This document shows positions 46,324 through 60,632 of a DNA stretch of 64,000 nucleotides, one piece after another. Every line of letters begins with the position of its first letter. Positions within the stretch are counted from its first letter, which is position 1. The stretch is from Raillietiella orientalis (lineage: Eukaryota), in contig JAYWIR010000124.1 of the NCBI GenBank assembly GCA_036172245.1, positions 1 to 64,000 on the forward strand, read 5' to 3'. The notes beneath the pieces were generated by a model. It was given only the letters and a program-made list of their open reading frames with translations. It was not told the origin of the DNA and made no database searches. The position numbers and the translations under genes were made by a program.

Positions 46324-49300
46324 ACCGAGGAAGACTGGACTCGGTGGTGGCAAGGATGGAAGGGTGTGGGTGTGAAGAATCCGTCTCCTTCCGTTGACCT
46401 TTGGGAGGTGTCTCTGGGATTCCTGCGCTACATTTCATTCCATCCTGAGTTCTGCCGTGGAAGTGTACAAATCGTGTGTGCGATCATGCTTTGCTGCCCT
46501 TTCCTCTGCAAAAGGAAAAGCCTTCTTCTACCTTATCCCACGGGGAACTTTTTTTTCTTAATGTAGCAGCATGCATGCTACTTCTGCTTGCCCTAATTAC
46601 AATCCAGTCACGTGTAATGCCTGCAAGTCTTGTGAGTTTTCAAAAGTGATAGCCACAAGGTATATAAGGGCAATGAACATCAGTTCTATTGGATGCTTTC
46701 GCGCTTCTTTGCGCTCACGGTCATCATTAGGAGTAGCAGCTCGTAGCAATGAACAGGAAGTCTTTTGCTTGTATGATCGGCGTTAACGTATTTGACTATG
46801 GTTTGTATCGCTTGCGGTTCTGTTAACGTGCCTCCTTTGCATCAGGAGTCCCACGCTGAAATCTACAGAGATGAATTCTTTTTTTTACTCACCTGATATT
46901 AAAAAGAGCAAGTGGTTCTCTGCATGAAATCAATCATGAACTCCCTGAAGAATTCTCTCTCTGGAATTACGTAAGGCGCAGGTGTCATCTAAAAAAATTT
47001 AAAACATATCTGTTTATATGTTTTACGAAACATATGTTTCCGCAAATGTAATTCAGTAGTTTTTGATCCGTATTGGATCCGTATAATTTCTTGAGCACCT
47101 AACTAGGCTTTACTAGTCAACTCCTCCGAACTTTTATCCAAACAAAAAATACTGACTTGAAAGCGTTACCTAGCATACACTAATCCATCTCCTTTAAAGG
47201 AGCATTTTTCACAGACTCCTCATCAACGGGTTGGTCGACTTGTTCTCAAGCGAGGTTCTCTCTTTCTATACAGCCAGTCTATGAAACGGAATAAATTGTG
47301 TTTTTTCTGATGTGTTTTAAGCATGTTTCCAAAAAGAATTGAGGAACACGTTTTTTAATGTTTCTTAACATGCGTATGTGATCGAACAACGCTCTAAAAA
47401 GCATTTGATGTGAATTTTCTTCGTATTTTAGGTACACAGAGTTTCATGTTTTCACGCAGTAACTCAACCATAAGAAACTCTCTGGAAGAATCTTCGAAAT
47501 AAAAACTAACACTGTTCTGCAGTCCTTTGTTCATACCGATGTTCCCAAGACAGTCTATTTCGTACCCTCCGATTTCGAGTTTGTGCTCTTCCTATTCGAG
47601 AAGCAAGACGAATGCGTCGGGCCAGGCGTACGGTCTATCGTTCGGTGTGCTCACGTTTGGGATATTTCCAAGCCAAAAACACGGAAAAAAGAGGGAACGG
47701 CTTCCTAGGTGTCCGCTAAGGCGCCGCGCTCATGCAAGTGAAAAGGCGGAGTCGCGAAGCGGCTGACGATCGTGGCTCTCTCATAGCACTTGTGCACCGC
47801 GCACTCTTCCCGCAGACAACACACTCTGCGATTGCAGAAAAGTCGGCGAAGCCAAAAAAATTTATAACACAGCGAAACACTCAGAACGTCGGCAGAAGCA
47901 GCAGCCCTTCATCCAATCAGGCTCGATCTGAAATCCTGGTCTTTCTGCAGCACTCATGGAAGCGTGTGTTGCATGGCATGGTCCAATGCGGGATCACGGT
48001 GCCGAGCCGTGTCGCATGACGGAAAGCACCCGAGGCTATCCAAAGTATGCACGCGCATTTCCACTGCAGCCAACGAGGTTTCATGTTAAATCGGTCGTGC
48101 AAATATCTTCTCCAGGCACAGCGGAGGGATTCGAAGCGTCAAACAGCTGACACTAAAAGCAAACATCCAACAAATTTGTGCGTCTTCCAGTAATGCAGCT
48201 GATCTGCCTCCACTTGTCGTCAAGTTTTTGTCTACGCCGTTACTCACGATCGTTTTCGCGAAAGCAGTTAACTTTATTCCAGGCAATGACGTCTTCTTTG
48301 TTCCCTCGATGCTTCCTGGAACAAAGTATGAGCATCAGCTGAGAACAAGAATGTATACAGAGCACTTTTTTTTCTTTAAGCACTGAACAGCACCGCGGCA
48401 GCCATCTGTCGGTGCTCGTGTGCAAGTCGGGGCATTTTTGGGTTGCAGCAGATTAGAAGGAACTCCAGCCCAACCGTGCCGGGACCAGAGTATTCGTGAT
48501 TGAAAACTTCGCCGCTGGGGCAACCTTGCGAAACAACTGATGACGCTGCATCGTATTTAGCCTGAGGATGCTTATCCCAGCATCCTGCAACGCGAATTCG
48601 GAACCCGGATTCTTTTCGGTTACTAGCACGAGAAATGCGTACTTCATATGTACTGACCCTTTGCCGCACGAAACGCTTGTAGGAGTTTCCAGCTTTCTTA
48701 TATCGCCAGTTGACGTTTGGAGGCATCTTTGGCATGTGCCACAGACAGTGATCCTCTAAAAGGAGTTGGGCTCTGGAAGAACTAGGAGTCAACGCTGAGA
48801 AACAGTTAGCACACTGATCCAATCAGCTGCACAAAAATGCGCTCTTTTGAGCTCTTTGCTGCCGTGTAGGGCCCAGGGAATGAGGAATGAGCATCTCGCA
48901 TCGTCGAGTTAGGACATAAGAAATGCCCATCCAGCTGTCGAGATTCGCCATCATTGCAGTGTTCGGGAAGTTTTTCCTCTCCTCTGTGCATTCTCGAACG
49001 AAGCACTGAATTCTATGGTTTTTATCTGGCAGATCTCTCCTCTCTGTGTTGATCTGGATCGCTTTTACTTTACTGGCGCAGGTTTATTTGTGTTTCGCCA
49101 GTTCCGATTTGTTCCTTTAAAAGCGAATGTGCTGTGATCCCGGGACGAAGCACGCGGAGTTCTTTCGGAGAATCTCCAAGGGAGCATCTGGAACTGTCGC
49201 TCGCTTTTAAGCTAGAATCGGCAGTTTGTGAGAGATCTTCTGCTCCCTCTCCAGCGGTGGGCTGCTTGCGCTGAAAAACAGCAGGATGAGGAATGCAGTT

Positions 49301-51545
49301 GACAGCTAATGGACTGAGAACTTATACATCAAGGAAGCTTGGCGTATCATCTTTCACAACTGTCAGGCGATGCAAATCGTGCTTACGGTTGAATCTCCTA
49401 TGTCACTGACTTCATGGAAGACTTCGTCTTATTCAGTGAAGCCTTCACTTCTTAGCTTGTGCATTTGAACAGCGCTCGCAGCACAAGAAGCGTTATTCCG
49501 TAATTCTCGCAAAACCTGCTCGAAAGTTGACGGCCTTTTTTAGGTTCTGAGCACTCCTACTCTCTACAAGGCTTCCCTACCTACCCGAGATATTCTGCAT
49601 ACTTTTCTTGGATAACTGACTCTGCCGCTGAGAAGAAGGCATTTTATTACTATTGCTTTTGATTTTGCGTTCTCGCAAGTAATCTGGCTGGAGGCGGGAA
49701 TTCAGAATAGCGGACTCGACTCGTTTGCAACGTACGTTTTGGGAGCGTTGCGGCAGTCTTCTTGGATCTCTTTGTTCAAGAAAAGCCTTACTCGTGCAGC
49801 GCTCTGCTGACGAGCAACATATGAGAAACGTAGCCCGAAGGAGCATAAAACCGGCTGCGAATTCCCATTACTTTTTGTCGACCTTTCAGCTTCCCTTGTT
49901 TCTGTGTACATTTAGTTTTCGATATCAAGCTGCGAGGTCCTTTTGTTACGATACGTAGATCGTTCGCTTTGCCTGATTTGATTTTCAGGTATTTCTTCTA
50001 AGTAGCTACTGTTGAAACAGCAGATCTTGGAAGAATTCTCCGTTGTCTGCACTAGTTTCTTTGCTGTTTTGCCGTGAGGATCGGGAAACTGCAGTGATCC
50101 GTTCCTTCACACGCCATTTTGCTGATAATCCTAAAGGCATCTTTGTAGCATTGATACGTGGCGACATCGCTCGTCTGATTTGCAGCTAACGTTCCTGCAG
50201 CTGTGAATCCTTTAGTGTTGCATCATAGATACTGCGATAAGGGGATTTCCAGAAGTATGAGCGCTCGAAACACTTGACTAATGTGGTTCCAAGTGTTGAC
50301 CATGGCTGGTATTGGTTGGCAATGTGGGTAATTCGGTATAAACGCTGAAGAAGTTTCGCGCCTCTCTTGAATGCTGAGCCAAAGAAACCTCTCGTCCAGT
50401 GAAAAGTTCTAGAGTGCGGCAGCATGCTGTGCGGCATCTTGTTCACCATCGTAAGGAGTATTATATGAGAGAGCCATTGCATCGCTAGTCGGACCGCGTT
50501 TCCTCCTCTTGCGTGTGGCTTCTTGTATCCGGCGTCGCGCAGTCGACTTTCATCGCGCAACTGAGAGAATCCGAACGCTTCTTTTGCTTTCTGTTCGTTT
50601 GCATTCTAACTGCGGAAGGATGTGGTCTGGTTTCTGTAGGGTCGGGCGCATTCCTTGTCCGTGGAATCTACTGTTGAAACGAAACTTCGTCTGCACTTCC
50701 GTTCATCGCGCCGCAGAACAGAATTTTTCCAATTTGTGCGGAGTTTCTCGATAGACATAGGCTCCGTGGTACACTCTAAAGAAGTGATTGCTGCTTTGTC
50801 ATGCTGGAACTTTACATTGCGTGTGTGCTGCTGTTACGTCTTCACCAAAATTCAGACATCGTCCACATACCCTTTCTGGAATCTGCGTTGGTGCTCAGTG
50901 TCCTTTTTCTGACCATGTTCGCTTTTACGGAAGCCTTTCCTGCAGGTCAGTGATGGCTTCCTAGGATGACATTAATAAATTTGAATGGAGAGTCGCGGAT
51001 CCGGTGAACGTAAGCTACGACCTTCCGAGGGACACGTGCGCGCTTGGCATGCGTCCATCCATCGAACTTGCTTGCGTACGGGTTCTGATTCTGCATACTT
51101 GAAAAATGATGGTTTTTTCCTCCGTTTCCAATTTTTTATACATTCTATGTCATATTGCGTTTTTCTTTTGTTTTCCTTTATATTGCAGTCTTTCTTGTTA
51201 TTTTTCTTCGTCCTTTTTTGGTAATTCCGTCGTCATTCGCCGAATGTTCTCGTGTTTCTCATGTCCGATGTGCATCCCAATGGAATGCCCATTGGATGTC
51301 TTCAGTTGTAAGGAAGGCTGTCAATCGAAAGGTCACCTGATTCTTCGTGGATTCGTGTGTCTCGTGGAAGTGCTCTTTACTAAGTTGCTTCCTCTCCTCG
51401 CTGTGATATCAAGCATTGTGTTGCTCGAGAATGTCCTGGATTCACGTAGTGCGAACTCCTTGCTCATTGCTGTTAAATTTTTTTCTCTGCATTCAGCGTT
51501 TCGCATACGTTGCTATATCACTCACTGCTTGTTTTTCGTAGGTGA
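46324..51545. repeat. Unidentified ~5 kb unit, copy 3 (same orientation as copy 2, more diverged)
   Basis: Colinear with the reverse complement of 27366-32362 and with 32400-35940. Confidence 0.9.
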
Positions 51546-53119
51546 TACCCGGATTTTTATGCTATAAGGAAATTGGTTCTGATTCTTCTGACATTGGAAA
51601 TTCTACTGTTGCTTTGGACAGAGCTCTCACAGGAGTGGTGGGCTTCGAAGAGCTACGCGGACCATGTGTTTCTTTTTTTACGAACCGTGCAGGAGCATGC
51701 GAGATATCTCTAACTAATTCACGTTCCACGTTGGGTCGTGGTGTTTGCAGTGTCTTTTTATTTGTAAGCTGATTTCTTATACGCACTGATCTTATTAGCA
51801 TTTCAGACATTGGATCCCCGAGTTACTGTGCGAATTAGTCTCGTTTTGACGCAGTTCAGTGGGAACTGTTATACAGAAGTATCAGGTGTAACATGGAGGT
51901 ACGTGCTACTTGTGCTAACTGCATGTATGTATAATGGGACTATTTGTGAAAGTTTGAGTGTTGATTTTCGTTTGTTTTTGTGTAATTTTTAGCTCTTCTG
52001 AAAAAGATTCTTGAATGTGTGTATATTCCAAGCTGGTTTCTGTGTCCTTTGTATTCTTGGGATTTTGTAGACGTACTCTTTTTTCTCATCTTCCTATAAC
52101 CGCAGTATAACTTAGTGTAATCTTTGTATAACTTTGTATATCTTACTATAACCTCACTATATACTAATTTGTTAACTTTACTATACATTACGAAGTTTCT
52201 TTTTGAAAGTTTTCGCTATTTTTGTAATTTGTTTTCGGATTTCCGGTTTTTCAGTTGTTCTTCATACCGAAAACAAGCACTTCTGAGTGACTGTGCTTAT
52301 GAACTATTGCTTAATTTGTCTATTGCATTTTATGCATTTTCTAATTCCGTGTTTATCATTAAACCTGCTTAAGGCTAAATCCTGGGCCAAATCTTTCATT
52401 TGCTCCGGTGAAGTTGAGGTGTGATTGGCGCACTCTTAGAGGAAGCCGTTTCACAGTTACAGCCAGATCTGTAGCTAATTGATCAGGCGATTTTCTACAG
52501 TTCCTCTGAAGATCTGCTCGCAGAATGGGCGTTTGAGAATAAAAGCGTTCTGAACATTCCTTTGCATTTTATCAGGTTGTGGTTTTGGTTAATCTGGAAA
52601 AATATACAAAAAAAACTCTTACTTAGTGACTTGAGCATTAAGAAAAAAGGTGAAATATCAGAATAAAATGCTTGCATTAATCTTTCTACATATATTGGAA
52701 TTTTCTTTTTGAAAACACATGTTTCAGAAAGAACCTTCTGAGCTCGATCTGGTGTATCAGAACTTTCTTCGAAACACATGAAATAGCAGCTGGAACCGGC
52801 AAACATGTAGTTCTCCAAGCAAGGAGTCTCTTCTACTCACTATGCTGCAGGTTACCTTTTACCTTTCTTGAAAAACCTGTCGCTTGGTATCTCCACAATA
52901 TCCAGGGTTTTCAAAAAGAAATCAGTATTACTTCCAGAGTTTTGGAATTGCTTTTCCAGATTTTCCGCTACGAATAATGAAAATATCGTCACGTAGGCAA
53001 CGTGCAAAATGTCCCGCATTGAAATCATACGTACTCCTTCATGTGCAGACTTGTCATTGAAACGAAGCAGTGTACTTAGTTAGGAATTGGTACATTGTGA
53101 GATTCTGCCACCCCAAGAA

Positions 53120-53762
53120 GAACTGCGGCGACCGCCGAACGTGCAGGGCAAGATTCCACCTGCCAAAACAAAAAGAGACAGGAGAAACGCCAGTCTCGCG
53201 TTAGGCATTCGGACTCCAAGGTGGAGTACCAGTGCAAACAAATAGAGCGCGCACCCCGGGGTAACCCGGAAGCGCGCAGGGCAAAGGAGCGCAAGGACGA
53301 ATCTGTTGTAGGAGACGGATCCGGCCCCTGCTCGGAGCCCGAGGCGATGATTCTCGGCTCCCTGGAGTCAGCTGATTGCGATGTGGCGTTAAATAGGACC
53401 AATTCCGCTTCCCAATGCACTGTGCTGCTAGCCAACTTCTCTCCGGACTGGGCTAGGAGCCCGCCGTAATGTCCAAAGCAGTAAGGCGTGGACTTGCGTC
53501 CGCACGTCGCGTCAGCGTGGCCCGTGAGAACGTCAACGAGATGCGCGACGCCGACAAGTAATTGACGGTAGTTAACAACTTGCGCGCTTTTGATTTGGTG
53601 CTGCTACAAGAGATACAAAGCATCTCCGAACGGCAGACAGCCGATCTGGAAGAGCACCCGGGCGGGACGTTCTACTGGCTGCAAGGCTCCGCACACACGT
53701 GCGGAGTCGCGTTCCTCGTCCGGGGCAGGGCTCTTGAACGGGCAGGGACGTTTGTTTAGACG
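53120..53762 (+). mobile_element. C-type ORF1 C-terminus plus start of APE
   Basis: Homologous to 7310-7950. TAATG at 53467-53471 and FDLVLLQE. Confidence 0.82.
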
Positions 53763-54370
53763 TTTTCACCGGTAAAGCGGGGCCGTTTATTTAAAAACTT
53801 ACTGTATTTGCGGTACAAGGCCCCGCTGCGGCTAATAGTTCTGTGGAGCTGTCGCGCTTTCGGTGCACAGACCGAATTGACACTCCACGTGAACGGAAGG
53901 GGTTGGGAAAAAACAAAATTAAAAAAATAAAGAAAAAGAAAAACAATTGCCATTTGGAGGGCCGGGAAGGGATCACTGTTTGTTGCGTTAGGCTTCCATT
54001 CTATTTAGGATGCCGACGGGGTCCTGGTACAGATTTCCCAGATGGAGCCATCGGGATGCTATTCGCAGAAAGCGAGCTGCATACTCCAAGGCATTCCTTC
54101 CGTTAACATCCTCTGCTTCGTCAGATCCACTCCAAGCTGCCACAATACCACGGTAGCCGCAGAGAGCTGCTATCACAGCAGGTGGCTGCAGGGCGTCCTG
54201 TATGAAGTGGATTCGAAAAACGTCTCTGGGAGGTCTACCTTCCAGGATCCCGAAGGTGGAACCGAAACTTTCACGCAGGGGACGTAGGGAGGCACAGTCA
54301 ACTAAAAGGCGCGGGAGGGATTTCCGCTCCCCATACCGGGCACAGTTAGGGTTCACTTTTCCCCGTGTCC
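53763..54370 (-). mobile_element. LINE 3' fragment, D-like
   Basis: TRGKVNPNCAR..LLVDC..GIVAAWS, similar to 26755-27365. Ends AATAAACG...CCGGTGAAAA. Confidence 0.85.
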
Positions 54371-54382
54371 GTCTAGGGTGAG

Positions 54383-56978
54383 GAAGTGTTGTGGTATAGC
54401 ACAGCGGTCTGGTAAGTGCGTACGTTTTAGGTGATTTTGTCTTTTGTGTGGGAGAGTCGGTGTCCCATGGCAGAAAAGCCTGAGGACACCGCAATGAAAA
54501 TAGGAGGACGAGAGGCGATTTGCTTTTCATCACCCATGGAAGTGGGTGCATGCGCCCTCACGGAATCCGGGGCACTTGCCCCATCAGAATCGGGGGCAAC
54601 CGCCCCTTCGCGACCATCTTCGCCAGTGGCGAAGTGTTGCAGTGCCGTCGTTACTGCACCATTCCCGGCTGCAGTAGCCGAAGAGACAGCCTACAAGGAC
54701 AGCAGATACAAACCGTCGCTGATCTAAAGGGTAGGAAATGTGTTCGAGAAGAGCATTGCACGCTCCTTCGAAATGGAGCAACAACGATTTAACGTGAGGG
54801 AGCAAGACCTTGAGGGCCTCATCGTTCTTAGTGGGGGGCAGCGAGTTCAGATGACTTGCAAAGAGGCAAGTCTAGCGCAGCGCCTGCTTAACACCACCAT
54901 TACGGTAGACGGCCGCAGGATCTTCCCTGTGACGGAGGACCGCTCTTTCTTGGTCCACCCCACGGTCGTAATACTCCCAATGGAAAAAACCAGCGTCCAT
55001 GAGCACTTGTCAAAACAAACTAATGTGCACGCGTATTGGGCCAAACCCAATGTCTTCCGAACGTACGGGAAGATATTCAGTGGGATGTGCGCTGCCCGCA
55101 TCACACTACCGGAGTATGGTGGGTTTCCCCACAAACTAAATATCGGCGAAGAAAAGGTCGTTTGGTACGTGAGAAAGCAAAAGTATTGCGGCCATTGCGA
55201 AGAAGCAGGGCACCAAAAGCTACGGTGCCCTAGCATCCAATGCCACTTTTGTATAAACAGACGCCACATCCACAAGGGGTGCCAAAGACGAGAAATCCCT
55301 GTCCTAAACGTTGCAAAAAAGGCAAAGGGGAAACGGCCGGGAGAGACGACTAACATGAAGCAGGCAGTAAAAAGCCAGATGCCATTCCCTAAGTCATCGC
55401 CGCAAACGTCGGTTGAGAGCACTCCCGACGACGCTGGCAAAGGCGACGGCTGGCAGATGGTACAGCCCAGATGAAAGCCCGTTATTCCCGAACAAAGCGC
55501 GGGGAAAACAAAACGCAGCGCAAAAAACCGTGACGCGAAAAATTCCGCGCGTGTACCGTAAAATTGGAACGTGTGGAGTCACTCGATGCCGCCACCAGGG
55601 GAGCAATCCCCCCCCTAGCGTGCGCCGAAGCCGCGACGGTCGATGGCCAACCCCCTGGGGAATCAGAGGGGGAACCGCGCGCCGCGCTAGACGCGATCGA
55701 GAAGGCCGCCTTCCAGCAGGCGGTGGAACTCACGGCTGAACTGCAAGGCCGTGAAAAGAACTCGCGAAAAGCCTTGCGAAGGCCGGCCGCGAGGAAGGCT
55801 CCGGATGCTGGTGAGGTCGAACCGAATGGCGGAAGTTCGTCCTCCTCAACGGAGGCGCCACCAAAGAAGACGGAGTGCAAGTCGCAGAATCCCGTGAAGC
55901 ACATACGGATCAAGAAGGAAGAGGATGAACTGGCACCCGAGGGGGAAGCCGCCAGAGTGGGAGTTCAGGATGGGAAGCTCTCATTCCTCGACACAGTTAA
56001 GCGGGTGACCCTCATGGAGGAAGAAGTGCAGGTGGGTGAAACTCCCCTTCCTCTGCACGGCCCTGACGATGACTCGGACTCCATGGAGGATAGGGAAGTG
56101 GTGCGCGACGTACCTGCTCCTGCTAGCGTCCCTTTCGTCAAGGCGGCGGGTGCCCTATTGCCACTTTTCCAGGATTAACACCTGGGCTCGCCTGTCGCCG
56201 TATAATCCGCGTAGCCTGCTGGAACGTCAACAAGCTGCGCGACTACGGCAAGAGGCGGGTTACGGCCGACACCCTGCGCGACTTCGACCTTGCGCTCCAT
56301 CAGGAGATCCACGTAATCACCGCGGAGAATGCTCAGGCGATCGAGACGATCGCAGGGTGTCGTCTGTTTTCACAAAGCAGCGTTTGCAACAATTGTGACG
56401 TCGCATTTTTTATGGAGCCAGTAGTCGCCGCCATCGTAAAGGAAGTGCGCTTCGTCAACGACAGTCGGGTTGGCCAGCTTATCCTTAGGTGGTACGACTT
56501 GATCCTCCTTGTGGTCACCAATGTGTACGCTCCTTGTGGAGGATGCGGATACGGGGAACGTTCCCGGTTCCTCGAAACCCTGAGGTGCGACTGGCTGGCA
56601 GATACAAACGTTGCAAGGCACATCTGATCGGCGGAAATTTCAAGATCCGCCTGCTCTCAGGCGTGCCTTGAGGGCAAATAGAAGCAGCCAACGAGCGGTG
56701 CGCTGCTATGCGCACACGTAAGTTGCTGCGGACATACTGGAAATGGTCTAAAGCGTAAACCACGTCTTTCTTCACGCCGACCTGTGCCCACGTTTCAATT
56801 TACGAAGGAAACTTTCGTCGACGTTATCGGACCATTTCCGGTTGATATTCGAGGTTATGCCTCGCAACAAAGAACCACCATCCAGGACGCGGCGTATGCC
56901 GGTGGACTGGAAGCGCATCTCAGGTAAGGCGCAACATCTCCGCCAGTTTCTGAGAGGCGTCATCCACCGCAAACTCGA
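54383..56978 (+). mobile_element. LINE 5' part, subfamily D: degenerate ORF1 (54467-56178) plus APE
   Basis: CGHCEEAGHQKLRC and CHFCINRRHIHKGC knuckles, TAACA junction, NVYAP and SDH. Confidence 0.88.
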
Positions 56979-59900
56979 TTTAAACCCGGTTGCGCCTGGA
57001 CGTTTATTCTAACGAATAAACCTATACAATCTGTGAGTGCACCAGTAGTCCAGCCACTCCCTGGATACATTCAGCCTACCGGGCTACCGGTGCGCACACC
57101 GACGCGGTTGACCTCGGCAGCAGAGGGAAGGGGGAGCGAAACAAAAAGAAAACAGAAAAATTAACGAACATCGGGAAGGAAGCGGGAGGGGATCACTGTC
57201 CGCTGGGAGAGTCCGTCATCCTCTGGAGGATGCCAACAAGCCTTTGTTGGGTATGTGGTTCCAGATAGGGCCATCGCGTAGCCATCCTCAGGAAACGGGC
57301 GGCATACACGCTGACATCCCTGTCGCTGGATCCTACCGTCGCTTTGCTCCCTGCCACGACGATCCCGCGTAGGCGGCACAGGGCTGCAAGCAAGGCCGCT
57401 AAAGGCAGGGCGTCACGGACGAAGAGGGGGCGCAAAGCGTCTCTGGAGTTGCCTTCGGGGATCCCCAAAGCCGCGGCAAAGCGTTCCCACAAGGGACGGA
57501 GGGCAACACAATCCACTAACAGGTGGGGGAGGTATTCCGTCTCCCCGCACCTGACACACTTGGGGTTGACACCCCCCCGCGTCCAGTGGTGGCGGCGGGA
57601 GTTGCAAGGAAGGCCCCAATGCAACACCAGCAGTGCCGACTGTTGCCACTTCATGGGGAGGGTGCGCGAGTCCATGAGCATTGGAGGCCACTCGAGATGT
57701 TCCTCCGGAACATCCATTAGCTCTCCCCAGCGCGAGAGTCCATTTGGGGTGGTCCTCAGGGTCGCAGCGTTCGTCAGCTGATTCGTTCTCCAATATCCGA
57801 TCTTCTTTACCTTGTTGGCGATCTTGAAAGTAACCTCCCATTGTGCCGTGACCTCGCTGCCCAGATATTCCCTTCAGGGTAAGCAGTAGCGCAGCAAGGG
57901 AGGTTCTTTGAGCCCACGCTCTCCATCGGGGATCCTCGAGGATTTCTCGGAGCGTGCGGTAAGCGTACGGCCCGAACAGAGCTATTCGCTTGTGTTGCGG
58001 GCTCTGCTCCTGAATCATCGCCCACGTTCGCACGGTTTCCTGCAGCCAGGCAGGACCGTTCGCGGGGCGTACGAGGATCCGCGCCGAGATGGCCTTCACG
58101 AGCATGGCCGCCCTCCGAAGTTGAAGTCCGCAGTGGCAGATGGGGCGTCGAAGTGCAAAGTGGGACGAGAGTCCTGCATTGCCGGTGACCCGCTCGACGA
58201 GGAGACGTGCAGGGAGGCACCAAGGGGTGCACCAATTCTCTGCCATAAAGGCGACAACTCGGACTGGAGCTGTTGCTCGAGCCGCTCCAGCGTCAGGAGG
58301 CCCAGACCACCATCCCGACGAGGAGCGCACAAGTCCGAAAGACGGACTCGGGGCATCCATCTTCCTCAAAGGGCGATTCTTAGGAGGTCCTTCGTCCTCT
58401 TCTTTGACTCCGCTAAAAGGGGGCAAACAAAAAGCAAGGGGCGAAGGAGGGGGAGAGCAAACGCGTTCAACGCCGCGGCCCGTACCTGCAGGAAGAACCT
58501 GCCGTCCTGGAACGGGCCGATCGCCGCCTGAGCCTTCTGAAGCCAGCCGGACCACGCTTCCGCAGGGGAATGATGCCCCAGCGGCACACCAAGGTAGTTG
58601 AAGTACCTCACCGTGAGATTCACCAAACGGACCCAGTCCTGCTGCCCTGCTCACGTCGCTCCGACTGGCATTACGGACGACATCGCCCTGTCCACCGTCA
58701 GTTCTGTTCCCCGACTGAGCAGGTCAAAGAATCCCTCGACCGCCAAGGCCGGGGTGGACATGGGCAGCAGCAGCAGAAGGTCGTCCGCGTACACCGAAAC
58801 CGCTAACGTACCAGGACAATCGCACGGCAGGTGCGCCAGAGTCTCCCTGTACGCTCCAAGCACCAATTCGATATAGGCGCTGAGGAGCAAGGGCCTGAGG
58901 CTGTCTCCCTGTTGCATGCCGCGTAGCACCGGTACGCCGTGCACGGTGTTTCCGCTGAAAAAAAAATTAATGAGCGCGTGGCGCCAGCTGGAGCGCAGGT
59001 AGGCCAACAGAGGGTCTGGGAAGCTCAAGCGTTCCAGAATCTCCAAAAGGAGATTCTGGTCGACGCAATCCAATGCTTTTCGCAAATCGACAGCGACCGC
59101 GAGGGCTCCCCTCCCCTCCCGAACATTCCGTCCCCCACCGACGGACGCACCGGAATTCCGGTTGCCCATTAAGCCCCTTCCTTGTTGGAGCTCTAACCAT
59201 GTGGAAGCGTGGAATAGGTTCGCCTCCATACTTCGCCCGGGAACAGCATATGTCTGTTTGGAGCTGATGAAGATGTTGGCGACCCGTCTTAGGCGCTCTG
59301 CCCACAGCTTGGCTAGCAAATTAGCGTCCGCATTCACTATTGTGATGGGAAGCCAGTTGTTCATGCTCCTAAGGTCTCCTCCCTTTGGGAGTAGCCGCAC
59401 CTTTGCTGAAGGAAACGAGGCGGGAACGTCACCTGTTTCGCGAATCAGCAGGGTGAGCTCATGTACCAGGGGAGCAATCTCTGCCGTGAAAGTTTGGTAA
59501 AACTTTGCAGGCAGGCCGTCCTGCCCTGGAGCCTTTCGCCTCTTGAGCTTTCCGATGACCGAGATGATCTCGCTCATCTTGAAAGCCTCGTCGAGGTTTC
59601 TTTTCTCCTCTTCCGCGATCGCTGAAAACCTTCAGGAAGCAGGAGTCGTGAGACATCGTGCTCCGGAGGCGCCCTGGCGTACAGAAAGGAGTAAAATTTC
59701 CTTACTATCCCGCGTTTCTGAGCGGGAACCGACTGCTCCCAGCCCTGGTCGTCCAGCAAGCTGGCCGACCCGGATTGCCAGGCTTACCTCACGGCTTCCG
59801 CTCGGTATTAAGCTAACCTGCGCATGTCGGGGGTTCTTGCGTAACGTCGAGTCTGAAGATGGCACCTTTCGTGACGCGGCTTCTCCCCAAATCCCGCAGG

Positions 59901-60621
59901 TAGGCGATGCAGGGGGAACTGGTAGCAGAACTTTTGGACCGACCGCTTGAAGCGGTTCCAGTCCTGAAGTGTCTCCATCCTGAAGCTCCGTATGAACGCG
60001 CGGAGATGTTCCGCCGCGTCCGGGAGCTTTAGCCAGTCCCCTAACAGACGCTACGCTGACGAAGGGGGGCCCTTGTCGCGCGGATGCACTTCGAACACGA
60101 TTCGGCCATGGTCAGAAAGCTCGGACAGTAACTTGCCGCGCCTGCCTACGCGAGAGCATAGGTGCTGGTCAAGGTACACGTGGTCGATGCTGCGTTCCAT
60201 GGCCGTGTCCCCGGCCAACAAGTTGCGCGTGTTCATTTCTGCACACAACTCGTTGACGCGGTCGTTCAGCGTATCCGGCGCACCTGACAGCAGACGCAGG
60301 TTAAAATCACCTGCGATCAGTTGCACTTTGCGAACGCCTACATCGGTCAGCCAATCGCGTCTCAGGGCAAGGTAGAATTCCCTTCTTGCCTTCGCCTTCA
60401 ACGCGTTATTTCCGCTAGGAGCGTATAGGTTGGTGACGACCAGGTCCATGGAGTCGGACCAGCTGAGAGTCAGCTGAGCGACGCGACCTGCGTCATCAAA
60501 CCGAACGTCCTTTATTGCGGCCTCGATGGCTTGCCGAAGCAGGAAGGCGAATCCGCTTGATTTCGCGATGCCGCAATGCCACAACAGCCGTCCACCCAAG
60601 ATCCGTTCGATCTCCCGCGCT
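56979..60621 (-). mobile_element. Nearly complete ORF2 plus 3'UTR, A-like RT, frameshifted
   Basis: ORFs 60051-60599 (APE), 58651-59577 (RT with YADD), 58366-58626 and 57193-57717 (Zn finger). Confidence 0.92.
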
Positions 60622-60632
60622 CGTACAGCGCA

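Noticed and set aside
51550..53110. Host protein-coding gene in the AT-rich stretches (also 36200-37680)
   Set aside because: Only short low-information ORFs and scattered splice-like signals, so no gene model can be supported.
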